A DNA stretch of 64,000 bases from Lama glama (GCA_028534125.1 CM052821.1:33356001-33420000); one strand, 5' to 3'; shown: positions 10,470 through 23,100, numbered from the stretch's first letter. Numbers and translations are program-made. Notes: generated by a model not told the origin, from the sequence alone.

Positions 10470-11040
10470 CCCAACAATTAGAAGACCTGAATGCTAACTC
10501 TCACTCATGAATCAGATAGCCCTGGGCAAGTCACTGAACCTCACAGAGTTGCTTTTTTCCTTGTCTGTAAAATGAGGGAGTTTTTACTTTTCACTCTAGG
10601 ATTCCTTTATAATTCTAGCATTCTGGTACACATTACTAGATGACAAAATGATGCAGATCAGGGGAAAAAAATAATATTTATTAAGGGTGTTAGATACTGT
10701 AGTTCATGTACAATATTCTCTCATTTGATCTCAAAGTGATTCTGAGAGAGGTCCTATTATTATCCTTATTTTTCAATGAGGAAATTGAGGCAGAGAGACG
10801 CCAGCAGTTCTTAAAGTCACCTCGTGGGAACTGGCAGAACTGAGCTTTGAAGCTTTTAGCTCTTGTGGTAAACTGCTTGTCATCTGCATTTGCTTGTCTC
10901 TATAAAGTCCCGTGAGGCTGGCCAGGAAGTGGTGACCCCATTTTACAGCCGAGGAAGTGGAGGAAGCAGAGGTTAAGTGACCTGCCAAATCAAACCCAAA
11001 TTCAACAGCCAAATCAAAAGAGAGCCAGAGGACCCCGGCC
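10470..11040. mobile_element. Cluster of 3 MIR/MIR3 fragments (mixed orientation)
   Basis: ctgggcaagtcactgaacctc...tctgtaaaatgagg (+); gaggaaattgaggcagagag and ccccattttacagccgaggaagtg...gaggttaagtgacctgcc (-). Confidence 0.7.
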
Positions 11041-12369
11041 AATGTGTCATCAGGAGAGGTATCCTGTCTGTCTAGAAGCTTCCATCCTCCCTCTCCATGG
11101 GGAAGTTGCCCTATCTTGGGCCCGTGAGCACACCAATTACAAAACTGATTTTCCTAAGGATCTCGAGAGTGGCTACTGGCTGTCCAGCCGGCCTTGATCC
11201 CTGACAGTCCTGCTCTTGCAGGATCACACAGGTGAACCAGAGGTCGTTTCCTCACCCTGATCCCTCTTGGAGGGAAGCTGGGGAGGGGGAGGAGAGATAC
11301 AGAGAGACAGAGACAGGGGGAGAACACAAAGGGCTGCAGAATAAGAGAGGCAGATTAGAAAATAGTGCAGATGTGAAACACAGCAAGGGCAGGCCACGTA
11401 GCACCTGGCTGTAAGTAAATATTCTTGAAACATCATCTTAAAAAATCAGTCTTCAGACTTTAAACTGCTTCAAAAGGATCACTCTGGGTGTAAATTAAAT
11501 GCAGTTTCTCACACAGTAATAATCATTTCCCAGAACGTTCTACAGTCTTTCAAACACCCTTACTCTTCTTGTGTTCCTATCACAGTTGGCCCTGAATCAG
11601 TCCAATTTTGGTGACAGAAACTTCAAACTTCTTTAAAGTCCAAAACTGATTTCCTAAGAGTATTTAAGGGCACAGAACAAAGTTCAAACAATTCACAAAT
11701 ATTTATCCAGGCCTTGATCTGTGTTGCACAGAGTCCATGAAACAAGGTTAAAATAAAAGGCAACCGAAGACTTAACAAGCCCCTAAAAGCTAATGAAGGC
11801 AAAGTCATGTCTCAAAGTGTTAACTGCTCAATCTTTCTGCGAGTGCCCCAAATCAAAGCGGAAGCCCCAAGGAACTATGGTGCAAGTCCTTGTATGACTG
11901 TATCTGCTGCAACGGTCAAAATAGCATTCTAGATCCTGTATTTTATTTTTTATATGGGAATGGACGAATAACCCACATGTATGCAGTTTGGCCTACCCAC
12001 TTCCCTATTTTGTCATGGTAAATACCTTTAGAGGCTCTGTGCAGTCTTTGTTTCAGACCACCATACCTCCACAAATGAACTCTCAGACACACAATGGAAA
12101 ATAGAAGAAATGTACATTATTTGATAATGACATCCTAAAAAGCAACAAGCCAAAAAAAAAAAGTTGTCTCTTCTAAGCGAGATTTCTTCTTTTCCTGTGT
12201 TTGGAGACAAAGTAAGTATTTATTACATTAAGAATTTTTCATGAGGTCTACCTTAACTCCTATTGCAAATACTACCAGGAGAAGGAAGAAAGAGAGGAAG
12301 GCACAGAAAGGGGTCTTTGGGAGCACAGAACTCCAAGGACAGTTGTAGCAGGAATGTCCCTTTATCTTA

Positions 12370-12856
12370 TGCTCTGGTTATCATTGCTACCTAACAAACC
12401 ACCCCTAAACTTAGTGGGTTCAAACAACAATCATTAATTTTGTTCATGGGTCTGCATCTGGGCAGATCTCAGCAGGGAAGTTTGGTGGCTGCTCAGTGCG
12501 GGATCGGCTGGGTAGCCCAAATCCTCATTTCCGAGATGGCTCACTCACATGGCTGGCAATTGGTTCTGGTTCTCAGCTGGGAGCTCAGCCAAAGGTTGGC
12601 ACCAGAGTTTGATTCTCCCTGATGTGGCCTGACATTCTCTCACAGTGTGGTGCCTGAGATCCATGGGTGAAACCCCAACTGACAGAGTCAGGTGGAAACA
12701 GTGACTTTTAGGACTTAGGCTCAGAAGTCACTTCCTCTGTACACAAAGACCTACCAAGGTTCAAAGAGAGGAGATGAAGGAGGGGCAAGATTCTGGGAGA
12801 GCATGTGCGATGGGAAATATGATCACAACCATTTTTGGAAAACAGAGCCTGCCATG
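12370..12856. mobile_element. MaLR solo LTR (MLT1H-like)
   Basis: ttatcattgctacctaacaaaccacccctaaacttagtgg... ending atttttggaaaacagagcctgcca, typical MLT1 termini. Confidence 0.75.
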
Positions 12857-13149
12857 TCTTACATGGAAACTGCTTGAATGTGGGACTCTAAGAAATAATA
12901 ATAAGCCCCCAAATTAGTCTCATGGCCTCATCTTGAAAACATCATAGTTGTCAACAATGCTGCAATCATTCTTTTAATCTAACTCTTTTTTTGTCTGTCT
13001 CTAATGTTCACGACAGCGTAATACCATCAAAACAATCACAAAGATTGGCTCATGAAATAAAATATAAAATAGTTCTACAAAAGAATATTAATGTTTCCAT
13101 TTGGGTAGAGAAAAATGTTATGCTTGTGACAGAATCCCCCAAGTTACTG

Positions 13150-13885
13150 AGTATAGTGATAGCACATTATTTCCATGCAAAATAGTATTTAATTGTATTC
13201 ATAGTGTTCCATTGCAGGAGACCATCTTCCATGGATGGACAGTCGGGATTTTTCCAGTTTTAACTATTATGAACAATACTGCTAAGAATACTTCTGTTCA
13301 CATACCCTGATAGCCATGTGCACGTTTCCCTGGGGATACAAGAGAATGGAACAGGTATAGGCTGGGTAGCTCCCCGACTTACATAACGACAAATTGTTTT
13401 CAAAGTGCTTGTACCGATTTATGGTACCACCAACAGTGTTGGAGTTTTCATATTGTACACTTGATATTGTCAGACTTTTTAAGTTTTTGCTTATCTGGAA
13501 GGTAAGTGATTGATAATGATTTGATAACTTACTATGATTTTACTTTTTGGTATTCTGATTCCTAATGAGGTGGAGCGTTTGTCTGGTGCTGATGGACCAA
13601 AGGATATTTTATTTTGTAAAGTGCCCATTCAGATCTCTTGCTGAGTTGTCAGCTGGGTTACTTCCGTGGTTTGGTTTTTTTTTTTTAATTATTTATTTAT
13701 TTTAAATTTTAATTTAATTTTTTTAATAGAGGTACTGGGGATTGAACCCAGAACCTTGTACATGCTAAGCATGCACTCTACCACTGACCTATACCCTCCC
13801 CTATTTTTTTCTTCAATCGATATAAGGAGTGCTTGGATATCCTAAATGCTAGTCCTTTATTGATTTTATATATTAAAAATATCAG
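13150..13885 (-). mobile_element. Old L1 (L1M-type) 3' fragment, interrupted by a SINE
   Basis: tttccagttttaactattatgaacaatactgctaagaata...taatgaggtggagc...gtgcccattcagatctcttgc, antisense L1 3' region. Confidence 0.7.
13675..13801 (-). mobile_element. Camelid tRNA-derived SINE (Vic-1-like)
   Basis: Reverse complement GGGGAGGGTATAGGTCAGTGGTAGAGTGCATGCTTAGCATGTACAAGGTTCTGGGTTCAATCCCCAGTACCTC plus A-rich tail, with Pol III A/B boxes. Confidence 0.9.
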
Positions 13886-13887
13886 TG

Positions 13888-14084
13888 CAGTGCTTTTCAA
13901 ACTTTGTTCCTCTGGTCCTCCTCAGGGAAGGGCATAGGTGCATATGGGGGCAGGTTGTACACTCTATAACTTTAAAAGTGCCAGAGAGATAATAACAAAA
14001 ATGGCAGTGGCCGACCTGCATGACCTTACACGGAGCACTTAGGGAATCAAGGGATTTGTGGCTAAAAATGTTTGAAAACCACTG
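13888..14084. mobile_element. hAT-Charlie MITE (~197 bp; MER5/MER117-like)
   Basis: Terminal inverted repeats CAGTGCTTTTCAAAC ... GTTTGAAAACCACTG. Confidence 0.7.
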
Positions 14085-14469
14085 AATCTATTTAACAAAC
14101 ATGGAAACAGAGAGATTGAGTTGAAAGACAATTATCTAGACTTAAGTGGGGCTGGTCGAGAAGCATTTTAAGAGGTACTAAATCTTGCACCAAATTTTGA
14201 AGAGGGGTGTTTTTTCCACAGACATGTGAAAAGGATGCTAATTATGCTTAGATTTGGGAGTAGAAAAAGCCAACTTCCTTGTAAGGCACAGCAAAAATAT
14301 TTTTCAAGTTGTAAAACAGACAGCAAAAATCAGGATACCCAGAGATATGGGGCATGAAATTGAATGAGAGTTTACAGACTGTAGAAAAAACTGCAGTTTT
14401 TGGTTGGCTTAGCCTCCCTTTCTAGCTGCATCTTGAATTGGAAAACCTTCAGAGCTTTCCCCCTTGTGG

Positions 14470-15007
14470 GTACAACCTTATTCTCAGTTAGTTTGCTACA
14501 GCAGCTCACAGAACTCGGGACAACACTTAACTTACGTTTACTAGTTTCTTAAAGGATATGATTAAAGACTACAGATGCACAGTTAGATGAAGAGACACAT
14601 AGGGTGAGACTTAATGTTTTCCAGTGCAGAAGCTTCTGTCTCTGTAGAGTTAAGATGTGTCACCCTTCCAGGAAGGATGTGTTCACCAAACTGGAAGTTC
14701 TTGGAACCCCATAGTATTGGAATCTTTATAGAGGCTTCATCATATAGGCATGATCGAACATTAACTCCCTTTTCAGCCCTTTTCCATTCTCAAGGTAATG
14801 AGAGGCAGGGTGGAAAATTCCAAGCTTCTAATCATGGCTTGTTCTTTCTGGTGATCAGCTCTCATCCAGAGCCCACCCAGAGTCACCTCATTAGAACAAA
14901 AGACACTCTTATTGCCCAGGAAATGACAAGGGTTTCAGGAGCCTCATGTCAGGAACTGGGGACAGAAACCAATATATATATTTCTTATTCTAAATCACAA
15001 TATCACA
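14470..15007. mobile_element. MER21-family LTR
   Basis: cagctcacagaactcggg...acagatgcacagttagatgaagagacacataggg...atttcttattctaaatcacaatatcaca, characteristic of MER21. Confidence 0.75.
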
Positions 15008-15028
15008 CATCTAGTTACAGAATTCTAC

Positions 15029-15660
15029 TGTATCAGGGAGAATTAGGTTCAGAGGCCTATAACAGAGAACAAAAACTAAAAATCATCAAAACTCATGAGG
15101 GTTTATTCTCTTCTGTAAAAGTCAGGAGGTGGGAAATCCTGACCTGGTAAGACCACGTCATGGGATCATTTGAGACTCAGGCTAATTCTAGCTTTGATCC
15201 CCACGGGTCACAAGGTGGCGGCTCAGTGCTTGCCATCATATTCACATTCTAGTCAGGAGGAAGGAGGAGGGAGGGAAGGGAAAAGAGTGCACTTCCCTGC
15301 AAAGTCAGTTCCCTTAAAGAAGCTTCCAAGAAATCCTGTACCAGACTTGTATTCTATGAACTCAATGGTCAGAATTAGCCACATGGCCACAGCTAGAGAG
15401 ACTGGGGAATATAGACTTTTAGCTGGGCATGTGCTTCCCCTAATATAATTGAGGTTCTGCTACTTGGGAAAAAGAGAAGACTGAATGTGAGTTAACCACT
15501 TTCTTTCCTGGAGAACACCCTATCCCCACTATAGAGGCAGGTACCTGAGCCAGGCCAGGGCAAGAAGAGGGTCTCTTCATTTTCCCATCTCAGTAATTGG
15601 CTCAGGGATAAGACATGATTCAGGTTCAACCAAGCCAATAACACTCTGGATTTTGGAAAG
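15029..15660. mobile_element. MaLR LTR (MLT1J-like) plus adjacent MLT1 fragment
   Basis: gaattagccacatggccacagct...gactggggaatatagacttttagctgggc. Confidence 0.65.
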
Positions 15661-15674
15661 GATTTTTCCTTAGG

Positions 15675-15790
15675 GTTGCTAAGCCCTAGACCTACTGAGT
15701 TAGAATCACTGGATATGAGGCCCGGCAATTTGCTTTTTAATAAAAGGTCCACAGGTGATTCTTTTGATTGGCTAATTTGGGAACTACCAC
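15675..15790. mobile_element. MER5-type hAT-Charlie fragment
   Basis: agacctactgagttagaatcactgg...cccggcaatttgctttttaa...caggtgattct. Confidence 0.7.
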
Positions 15791-16344
15791 GTAAGCCATA
15801 AATATGAAGCCAGTTAATTTAATCTAGCACCTCCTCTCTCAGGAGCTTCACAGAGCAGCATAAAAGGGAGCTTACAAGATGTCTTTCATAACATGGGCAT
15901 CAAAAGTGTATAGTTTAGCTGTAACTGTACCATAAGCTATTATGAGCTCACTACTGTAGACTCTCCGAGAGTTACGATTTTTTTCTAGTTTATTACCTAC
16001 TCTATAGAGTAGTATTTGAAAATATAAATTGTCCTAAAAATACTTTATTTTAATTTCACCAGGACTTCTAGGTCTGCTCTGCTGGGACTGTGTTCACTCT
16101 ATCAGAACCCTCTGTGATTTTAGACTCTGAGCCACCAACTCTCATATTTTGTCTTTTCAGGCTGACGTATTTTAAAGTCTCTCTGATTTCTTTAGAAACC
16201 CTAATAAGTGACCTTCTTTGGATACATTCCAGTTTCATTATGACATCTTTGAGGTTTAATGACTGGAACCCGACCCGGTATTTCTGAAGCAGATGAATTC
16301 TGGTGTCTCAGTGTGCGTGTGTGTGCATGTGTGCGAGCACTCAC

Positions 16345-16735
16345 GAGACTGTGCTTTCTATTTTGTTTTTAACATCCTTCCTGATGATGCTTGCTTTTGT
16401 GACTGCGACAATACTTTGGACCGCCTTCTTCAGGGAATGCTCTACAATGATGCCATCATCCTTTTCCTGGATCACGTCTGCACTTGGAGGCCTTGGTCTC
16501 CCGAGAACAAAGTGGGCTCCCTTTTCCTGTGGGCATTACGTGCAGCTGCCTCCCCTGAGCGTCAGTGTTCTCTGCCCACTCACACAGCTGTGGGAAAGCT
16601 TCCCAGTGTTTATTCGTTTCACTTTGGTGTTTCAATTACCAGAAAATCTTGGTGTCATTTATCAATCTGAGATTTCACTTTATGGACGTCTACATCACTT
16701 CTGGAAAATGATAAGCAAGACCAGTCCATATACAG
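16345..16735 (-). mobile_element. Fossil CR1/L3 LINE reverse transcriptase fragment
   Basis: Minus-strand translation across frameshifts gives GLVLLIIF..SEIS..INDTKIFW*LKHQSETNKHWEAFPQLCEWAEN..QEKDDGIIVEHSLKKAVQSIVAVTKASIIRKDVKNKIE, colinear with CR1 RT C-terminal motifs (GPVLFNIF..SEISKFADDTK..LCEWAEKW..ERDLGVIVD.SLK..IRKGIENK). Confidence 0.75.
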
Positions 16736-17129
16736 ATTCGTGAAACACACAATTTTTAATATGTCCTCAAACAGAAGAGTAATCATCCCTTTAACGTGCT
16801 CCTATAATACGCATCAGCAATCCACAAATAATAATAGAATCTGATTAAAAAATAGTGAGCCTCCTATGAAAATATAGCTTTATGATAATTAAAAAAAATC
16901 TTTGCTCCCTGCAACCACAATTCCAGTGAAATTGCTCTTCCCAAATTCTTCTCATAAGGACATTTTGGAATTGCCACTAATTTTTACCCAAAGTTTCACA
17001 TTCTGAAGGCCCTTCTAATTCCTTGACAAAATCAATCAAAAGTTAAAATGTGTTTTTTTTTTAAAGAGATGCTGGCTGAGTGGACCATAGAATATCTCAG
17101 TTCAGATCCCGTTCTCAGCCGTGGAATGA

Positions 17130-17340
17130 AAATTACAGGCTCGGTCAGTGGATTCAATCTTCCCAGCTGAGACTCCAGCTCTTTCATTTATTAGCCATGT
17201 GACCTTGAACAGGTTACTTAGTCTCTGAGCATTGCATTTCCTCATCTGAACAATGGGAATAATAGTAACACTTAGCTGGTGGAGTGGTTGTGAGCACTGA
17301 ATGAGACAGCAGATGTAAAGCACCTAGTACGAAAAAATTA
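17130..17340 (+). mobile_element. MIR SINE
   Basis: ttagccatgtgaccttgaacaggttacttagtctctgagc...cctcatctgaacaatgggaataatag. Confidence 0.8.
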
Positions 17341-17539
17341 TGATAGTAAGGCTCTGGGGAGTGGAATTATGGTATATAATTATTCATTCATTTATTTATT
17401 TATTCAGTAATAGACATCCTATTGTGTTCAAGAAATGTTCTAGGGGCGATTAAAAGATAATAACTTAGATACAAATCTTGACCCGTTAGCCTTGAAATGA
17501 AACTAATAATGAACATAAATCATTATGGGGTATAGAGTG

Positions 17540-17790
17540 ACAAACAGAATAAAGTTAAGAACATAGATTCTGGATTTAGACTGCTGCAGGTTCAAATATT
17601 AGCTTTATTCCTAACTACCTGTATAACCTGAGACTAGTTGCTTAACCTCATTAAATTTTCCCTCTTCTTATCTGGGGAAAAAAAGATGGAGATAATAAAA
17701 GTATTTACCTCAAGATGTTGTTATCAGGATCCAATGAGAAAATGTACATAAAGTACTTAGCACTTTTCCTGGTGAGTAGAAACTAATGTC
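17540..17790 (+). mobile_element. MIR SINE
   Basis: gttaagaacatagattctgg...ggttcaaat...cttaacctc...aaagtacttagcac. Confidence 0.75.
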
Positions 17791-18639
17791 ACCTATGTCC
17801 ATAAAATAGATCCAGAAGAGGTACTACAGGAATTCAGAATAGGGAAATGCTTTTTATTCTTTGGAGAAGGGAAGGGTCATGGAAGACTTCCTGCAAGTGG
17901 CTGCTAAATCTCAAAGCCAATTTATAAATTTACCAAAGTATGCCCATTGAGCTATTACCATGAGCCTAGTCCAGCTACCCCATCAGGGAGATTTCACAGT
18001 GATATTAAATTCCCATCTTTCAGATGAGAACACAGAAATTCAGAGAGTTTAGAGTAAGTAAATTGTTTGACTCTGAAGCCCAGGTTTTTAACAGCTGCTT
18101 TTTCCTCCTTTTCAGTGATGTGGATACTGCCTGCCCTTCCCAGGATGGATGAGGACCCCGGGACAGCTGAATTCCTCATTGCAAGACTGCTGATGAGCAT
18201 GGAATCACAGTCAAGAGAGTTTGCAGCATACTTCATCCAGGTTATATTAGTGTCAAGACAAATATTCTTGCTCTGTGGTAAAACAATCCCAACCCAACCC
18301 AACTCATACCTTTCAGTCACTGGAATGTTCAAGTCTCTTGGAGGATGCTGAGTAATCCTGACAAAGTTTTATCCTCCGGCTTTCTTGTCCTTGTCTTTCT
18401 TTCAGGAACTCCAACACCCTCCACGTTGTTAGTCAAGCTATAAACTACAGCTAATTCAAAAACAAATTAGTTACATTACTCACAGATTACTCCTTGTTCT
18501 ACCCTAATCCCCTGATGAGAGGCAGGAAGCTCTCCAGTTCCACTAATAGTATACTGACAGGCCATTTTCTGATAGTGAGAACAGAATCTACATTTTTTGA
18601 GCCCTTTTTTAGAGCCAGATGGATGCTCTATGCAGACTG

Positions 18640-18870
18640 TCACATAGGGGTTAAGTACAGGGCTCTGGAGCTAAACTGCTGGGGTCAAATCCTGACTCCA
18701 TCACTTACTAGCTGTCTGGCTTAAAGCAAGCTGGTTAACCTCTCTATGCCTCAGTTTTCTTATCTGGAAAATGAAAATATTGTAGGGCCATACTGGGAAA
18801 CAAATGAATTAATATACTTGATTTTGGACAGTATCTTTCTCACTTTAAGTAATTAATACATGTTAGCTCT
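18640..18870 (+). mobile_element. MIR SINE
   Basis: ggctctggagctaaactgc...tcacttactagctgt...taacctctctatgcctcagttttcttatctg. Confidence 0.8.
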
Positions 18871-18871
18871 T

Positions 18872-19355
18872 TTGGGGAGGAAAAACTTTTCCTCTAAACT
18901 CTTAGGTTCAATGCTTGGAGGCCTGTGGATTAAACTGACAAAAGATGGATTGGCAAGAGAAAAGACAAACTTTTATTCACATAGGTTTTCAGGAGTTTAT
19001 AGGAAAATATGACTCAAGGAGGTGGTTAGAATTCAGGGCTTAATACTACCTTAAGAGATGAAGGGGAGGGGGAGAAGGGCACTTATGTGAAAACAAATGA
19101 CTTTTAGGAAAGATAAATGGGCCCTTAGGAGAATAAATGGGAGATGTGGTGGTTTTGTGACAATGTCTGTTAACGTGATTTCTTCTCCTAGTGCTGACTT
19201 CTCTCCAGGGATAGAATCAGTCTTCTCTGGTTGTGAATTTTCTGGGCAGGGCATTTATGACAATTGAATTCTTTTGGGAGGATCTACTTTTAGGCAGATA
19301 AAGGGAGTTTAGGAAAAAAAAAACTCTTCCCAGTGATCTATTCTGGATCCCTTCA
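18872..19355 (-). mobile_element. ERV1-class solo LTR (laurasiatherian type)
   Basis: Right end tattctggatcccttca is the reverse complement of a TGAAGGG.. LTR start. Internal taaactgacaaaaga..., aaacttttatt (antisense AATAAA). Confidence 0.65.
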
Positions 19356-19359
19356 ACCT

Positions 19360-19490
19360 TATCCTCCCCATTCTGCAGATGGGAAAACGGAGGCTTAGCG
19401 AGACTGACTGACCTGGGATCACCGAGGCAGTAAACAGTGGGGCTGGGCTGTGAACCCAGGCTGATGTGACCCCAGAGCCTTTGATCTTTC
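19360..19490 (-). mobile_element. MIR fragment
   Basis: ccccattctgcagatgggaaaacggaggcttag...tgaacccagg. Confidence 0.75.
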
Positions 19491-21639
19491 CAATGTGAGA
19501 GATCAGAGATAAAGAAACTTTAATTTTGTCTCAAAATCTTTAGGAAATATAAATTCTTTGGAATGAATTTAAAATACCTGGGCCTCAGCTTCATCATTTT
19601 TGCAACATGAGGTGTTGAATAATAGAGAACTTTGAAGGGTCTTTCTGCCTCAAAATTATTTATTTTAGGTGGTTTAGCATAATGCCTCATAGGAGAAGAA
19701 ATGATGGCCATGTTTCTAAGAGTGTACCAGAGGAGACACTCTGATATGTGTGCACAAGTGTGTGCCCGTGTTCACTTCTCCATATGTGTACACCTGCGTA
19801 CGTGGTTCAGTTGCTCTAAAAAAGAATGATTGTCTTTGGAAGGAAAAGGGAAGATCTTAAGATGTAGATAGTTTTGTTGTTTGTTTCTACCACACAAGAT
19901 GTTGACCTCGGATTCTGCACGTCCTCAGGGAGTGTCTCTCTAAGGCCTTTTCCAAAAGGTGATTGGCAAGGAAGTCCTTCTAAAAGAGATAAGTGGCTTC
20001 TTAAAGTAAACTCAGAATAAATGGAGTACAAATTCTGTTTACTAAATATTTCCTGGTTGATAGATACTAACGTGCAGGCCTGCATGGCATATTCTTTGAG
20101 GAATGGAAGAAAGGAGAGGTTGAATTCTGTTTCTTTCTCATTTGGGAAAGGTGTTTGAAAGCTGCCCCAGATGGAAGATTACATCATTTCAGAGCAGTAA
20201 CTCATCTATAGAAATAGATGCTACCATGTGGGAGGCGGGCTTACCTTGGAGACCACTGAGAGATGTGAGAGGCTTTTGAAAGTATGCGATACAGTTTGTT
20301 AAAATGTATTCTTTGTAGTTTATTAAATTTGTAGGATTCTTTGCACAAGCACAAACGTTTCTGTGCAGTTTACTTCCTTTTTGCTAAATACACTGCATTT
20401 TGCGTGGTTGTATTTCAGCATTGCAAGTTTTGCTGCTGATGGTTATTCTAACCAAAGGCTTTTCCCTCCTCACTCTGAGGGCAGATGGAAAGGCTGGAGG
20501 CTTGAGCCAGCTGAGCCAAACATTTTTTAATTATTTTTTTTCCTTTTCTTTTTCTCTCTCTCTTTTTCAAAAATCTCTTCTTTCTTAATATTTCCTTTTC
20601 AGATGTTGGGCCCTAGTGATGTTAATTTAGTAGCATGATTCTTATATTGATTCTGACTTTTCAAGATGATTTCCTCAGCCTTAGGCTAGGTCGGTTTAAT
20701 TCTGATTGCCTGGTGCAGTGAGGCCTATAATTATACTAAAAACTAACCTAATATAGGAAGAGAAATCACAGGATTACTAGCTGAGACCCAAAGTTGTAAG
20801 ATAGTGAAAGAAAAACAGTTTGGCTTTTTCCCCTGACGTGAGAAGAAACCCAAACCCAAACAAGCAAACCAACCACACAAAACAGAAGAACTGGGTTCTA
20901 ATGATAAGAGGGACTTTAGGAAAGAAAAGTAGACAATCCATTTATTTCGTACCTGTCAAGAACTTTGTTTTTCCCACCAAAATAAATCACAGGTGTACCT
21001 ACAAGAAAAGAATAAAACCCTAAAAATTGCTGATCATTGGTTCAGATTAAGGAATAGGCTTCAAAACATTAAAACAAAAAACAAATCTCTTTCCTTAAAC
21101 CTCACTTCTCCCCATCCTTTCCCTACAAGTTGATTTTCTCACACCCCTTGAGTCAAAAAAGTGGCCTAACTCTAGTTTCTCTCGGAAGGCATGACTTGTC
21201 TGAGCTTCCTCTGTCTCTTTGTGACCTTCTGATGACCTGGGAGTTCCACCCACTCTGGGTAAGTCCTTTTCAGGCCTCAAATCTGCACATCAGTGGGATT
21301 CAGTTTTCCTCTTGCTTTAATGGCTCCTCAGATCCCCCCCCCCTCTTGGCAGTCCCACACATTCCCTTTCTTGTTTCTCTAGCCTTTGAGGGCGACAGCC
21401 CACCTCTCCTCCCTAGCAGACAGGCTTGTACGGATGGATGGTGATTGACTGATTTACAGTTCTCCTTATGTTTTGTTTCGTTGTTTTGTTTTGTTTTTCT
21501 TCTCACCTGGGTTTAAAAGCCAAATTGTGTTTTTCTTAGGCCTTTGAATCTCAGCTAGTAATCCTTCGACTTCCCTTCCCATGTTGGCCTTTGTTTTTTA
21601 GTATAATCATAGCAAGAAATTATAAACCACTCCAAAGTT

Positions 21640-22035
21640 TGACAAGACATATTTCAGGTGTTAATTATATGCATAAAGGATTTTTGTATTTTTACATAAA
21701 CAGGATTATATTCATATATTTTTCCTCAACCAGCTTTTCTAGCTTTGACAACTTATAAAGAACCTCTTTTATCTTCCCTAAGTAGTTTTATTTCATCTTA
21801 AAAAATTTTTTTTAATTATATTGTATCCCATGGTATGAATGTACAATCATTTATAGGATTGACATTCTATTGAGGAACATTAGCTTGTTTATAATTTTTC
21901 ACTCTGATCAGCAATACCATAATGAAAATCACTGGTTTATGCTTGCTTAATTATTTCCTTTGGATAAATTCCTGGAAGTGGAATGACTGAGTCAATGACT
22001 TCACACGTTTTGTATCTGATTCATATTGCCTGCTT
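21640..22035 (-). mobile_element. Old L1 (L1ME-type) 3' fragment
   Basis: ccatggtatgaatgtacaatcattta...tattgaggaacattagcttgttt...ggataaattcctggaagtggaat. Confidence 0.6.
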
Positions 22036-22499
22036 GCTCTCTTTCAGACTGGCACCCTTATCTCATTGGACTTCGTTACTCTTTTTATTGTCTCAGTGAG
22101 TAGGGCAGCACCTATTTGAGAAGCTGAGGTTCTCTCCCCTACCTTAGGACATTGTGCAACACCACGTCAAATGTCTTGATGGCAAAAATATTGATGATAG
22201 GGAAAGTAGGGAGATGAGGAGGACATCATGAATTTTCCACCTCCAGCTCACTTCTTCATCTCATGAATTGGGAATAGAAGAAACAATTAACATGCAGGAG
22301 AAAAAGCAAATTTTATTAGAGCCCTGTGGAACACATAAATATGGTCTAGGGTGTTTGAACGTCAGCTTCTGTTGTCTTCAACCCATTCCTCTCAAGATAA
22401 TGAGAGCCTCCAGTTTTGTGCCCTAAATGTAGAAGAAACATTGCAGAAGGCAGTATCCCAGCACAGGAGTGAACAGCCAGGGTGGAGATGGGCTGTGTA

Positions 22500-22680
22500 C
22501 TTATCGAGGGCCTGCCCTCTATGTTCCAGGTGCTTCACACAGATCGTCTCATTTGATCTCCACAACAACCCTTTGAGCTGGGTAGTGGTGGTATCATCGC
22601 TGTTCTGTATTTACAAGAGGAGGGACCCTAAGCTCTCAAAGGGCTAGTCCACTTGATCAGAAGTGGCAGAATCTGGTTTG
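22500..22680 (-). mobile_element. MIR fragment
   Basis: ctcatttgatctccacaacaaccctttgag. Confidence 0.6.
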
Positions 22681-23077
22681 GGGTGGGGGGGGTGGGTCAT
22701 CTGCATTAAGGAGCAGCTTTCTCATCCGAGGGAGGAGCTGGGGAGGTGGGTGGGGCAGATGGCTGGGTGGGGGTGGGGGAGAAATGCCTTTGTAAGCCTC
22801 AGGGAGTCTGTTGGCTGTGTCTCTGTTCATAGATCAAGACTCAGAATTGTCCTAAAATGCCCTTGGCTTTTGGCGACAGTAGGGCCTATGTTTGTTTCCA
22901 GAAATCGCAGTAGCTATCACAATGAGGCTATGTTCATATGTAATCAGGTTTGACAGGAATTAATTTTTAATAAGAAGTTCCATTCAGATAAACAACTGCC
23001 CTTTGGGGCCGTGTCAGGGTCAGTTGCCCAGGGCTGGGCATGGGCACAGTGTGTGCTTTTGGCTGTGTCCTGGGGAG

Positions 23078-23100
23078 TGTGTGTGTGTGTGTGTGTGTGT
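23078..23100. repeat. (GT)n microsatellite
   Basis: Direct reading. Confidence 0.9.

Noticed and set aside
14614-15150. 178-aa ORF
   Set aside because: Lies within MER21/MLT1 LTR sequence and has no protein motif.
16293-16743. Two plus-strand ORFs (125 and 146 aa)
   Set aside because: They are the antisense shadow of the CR1 RT fossil on the minus strand.
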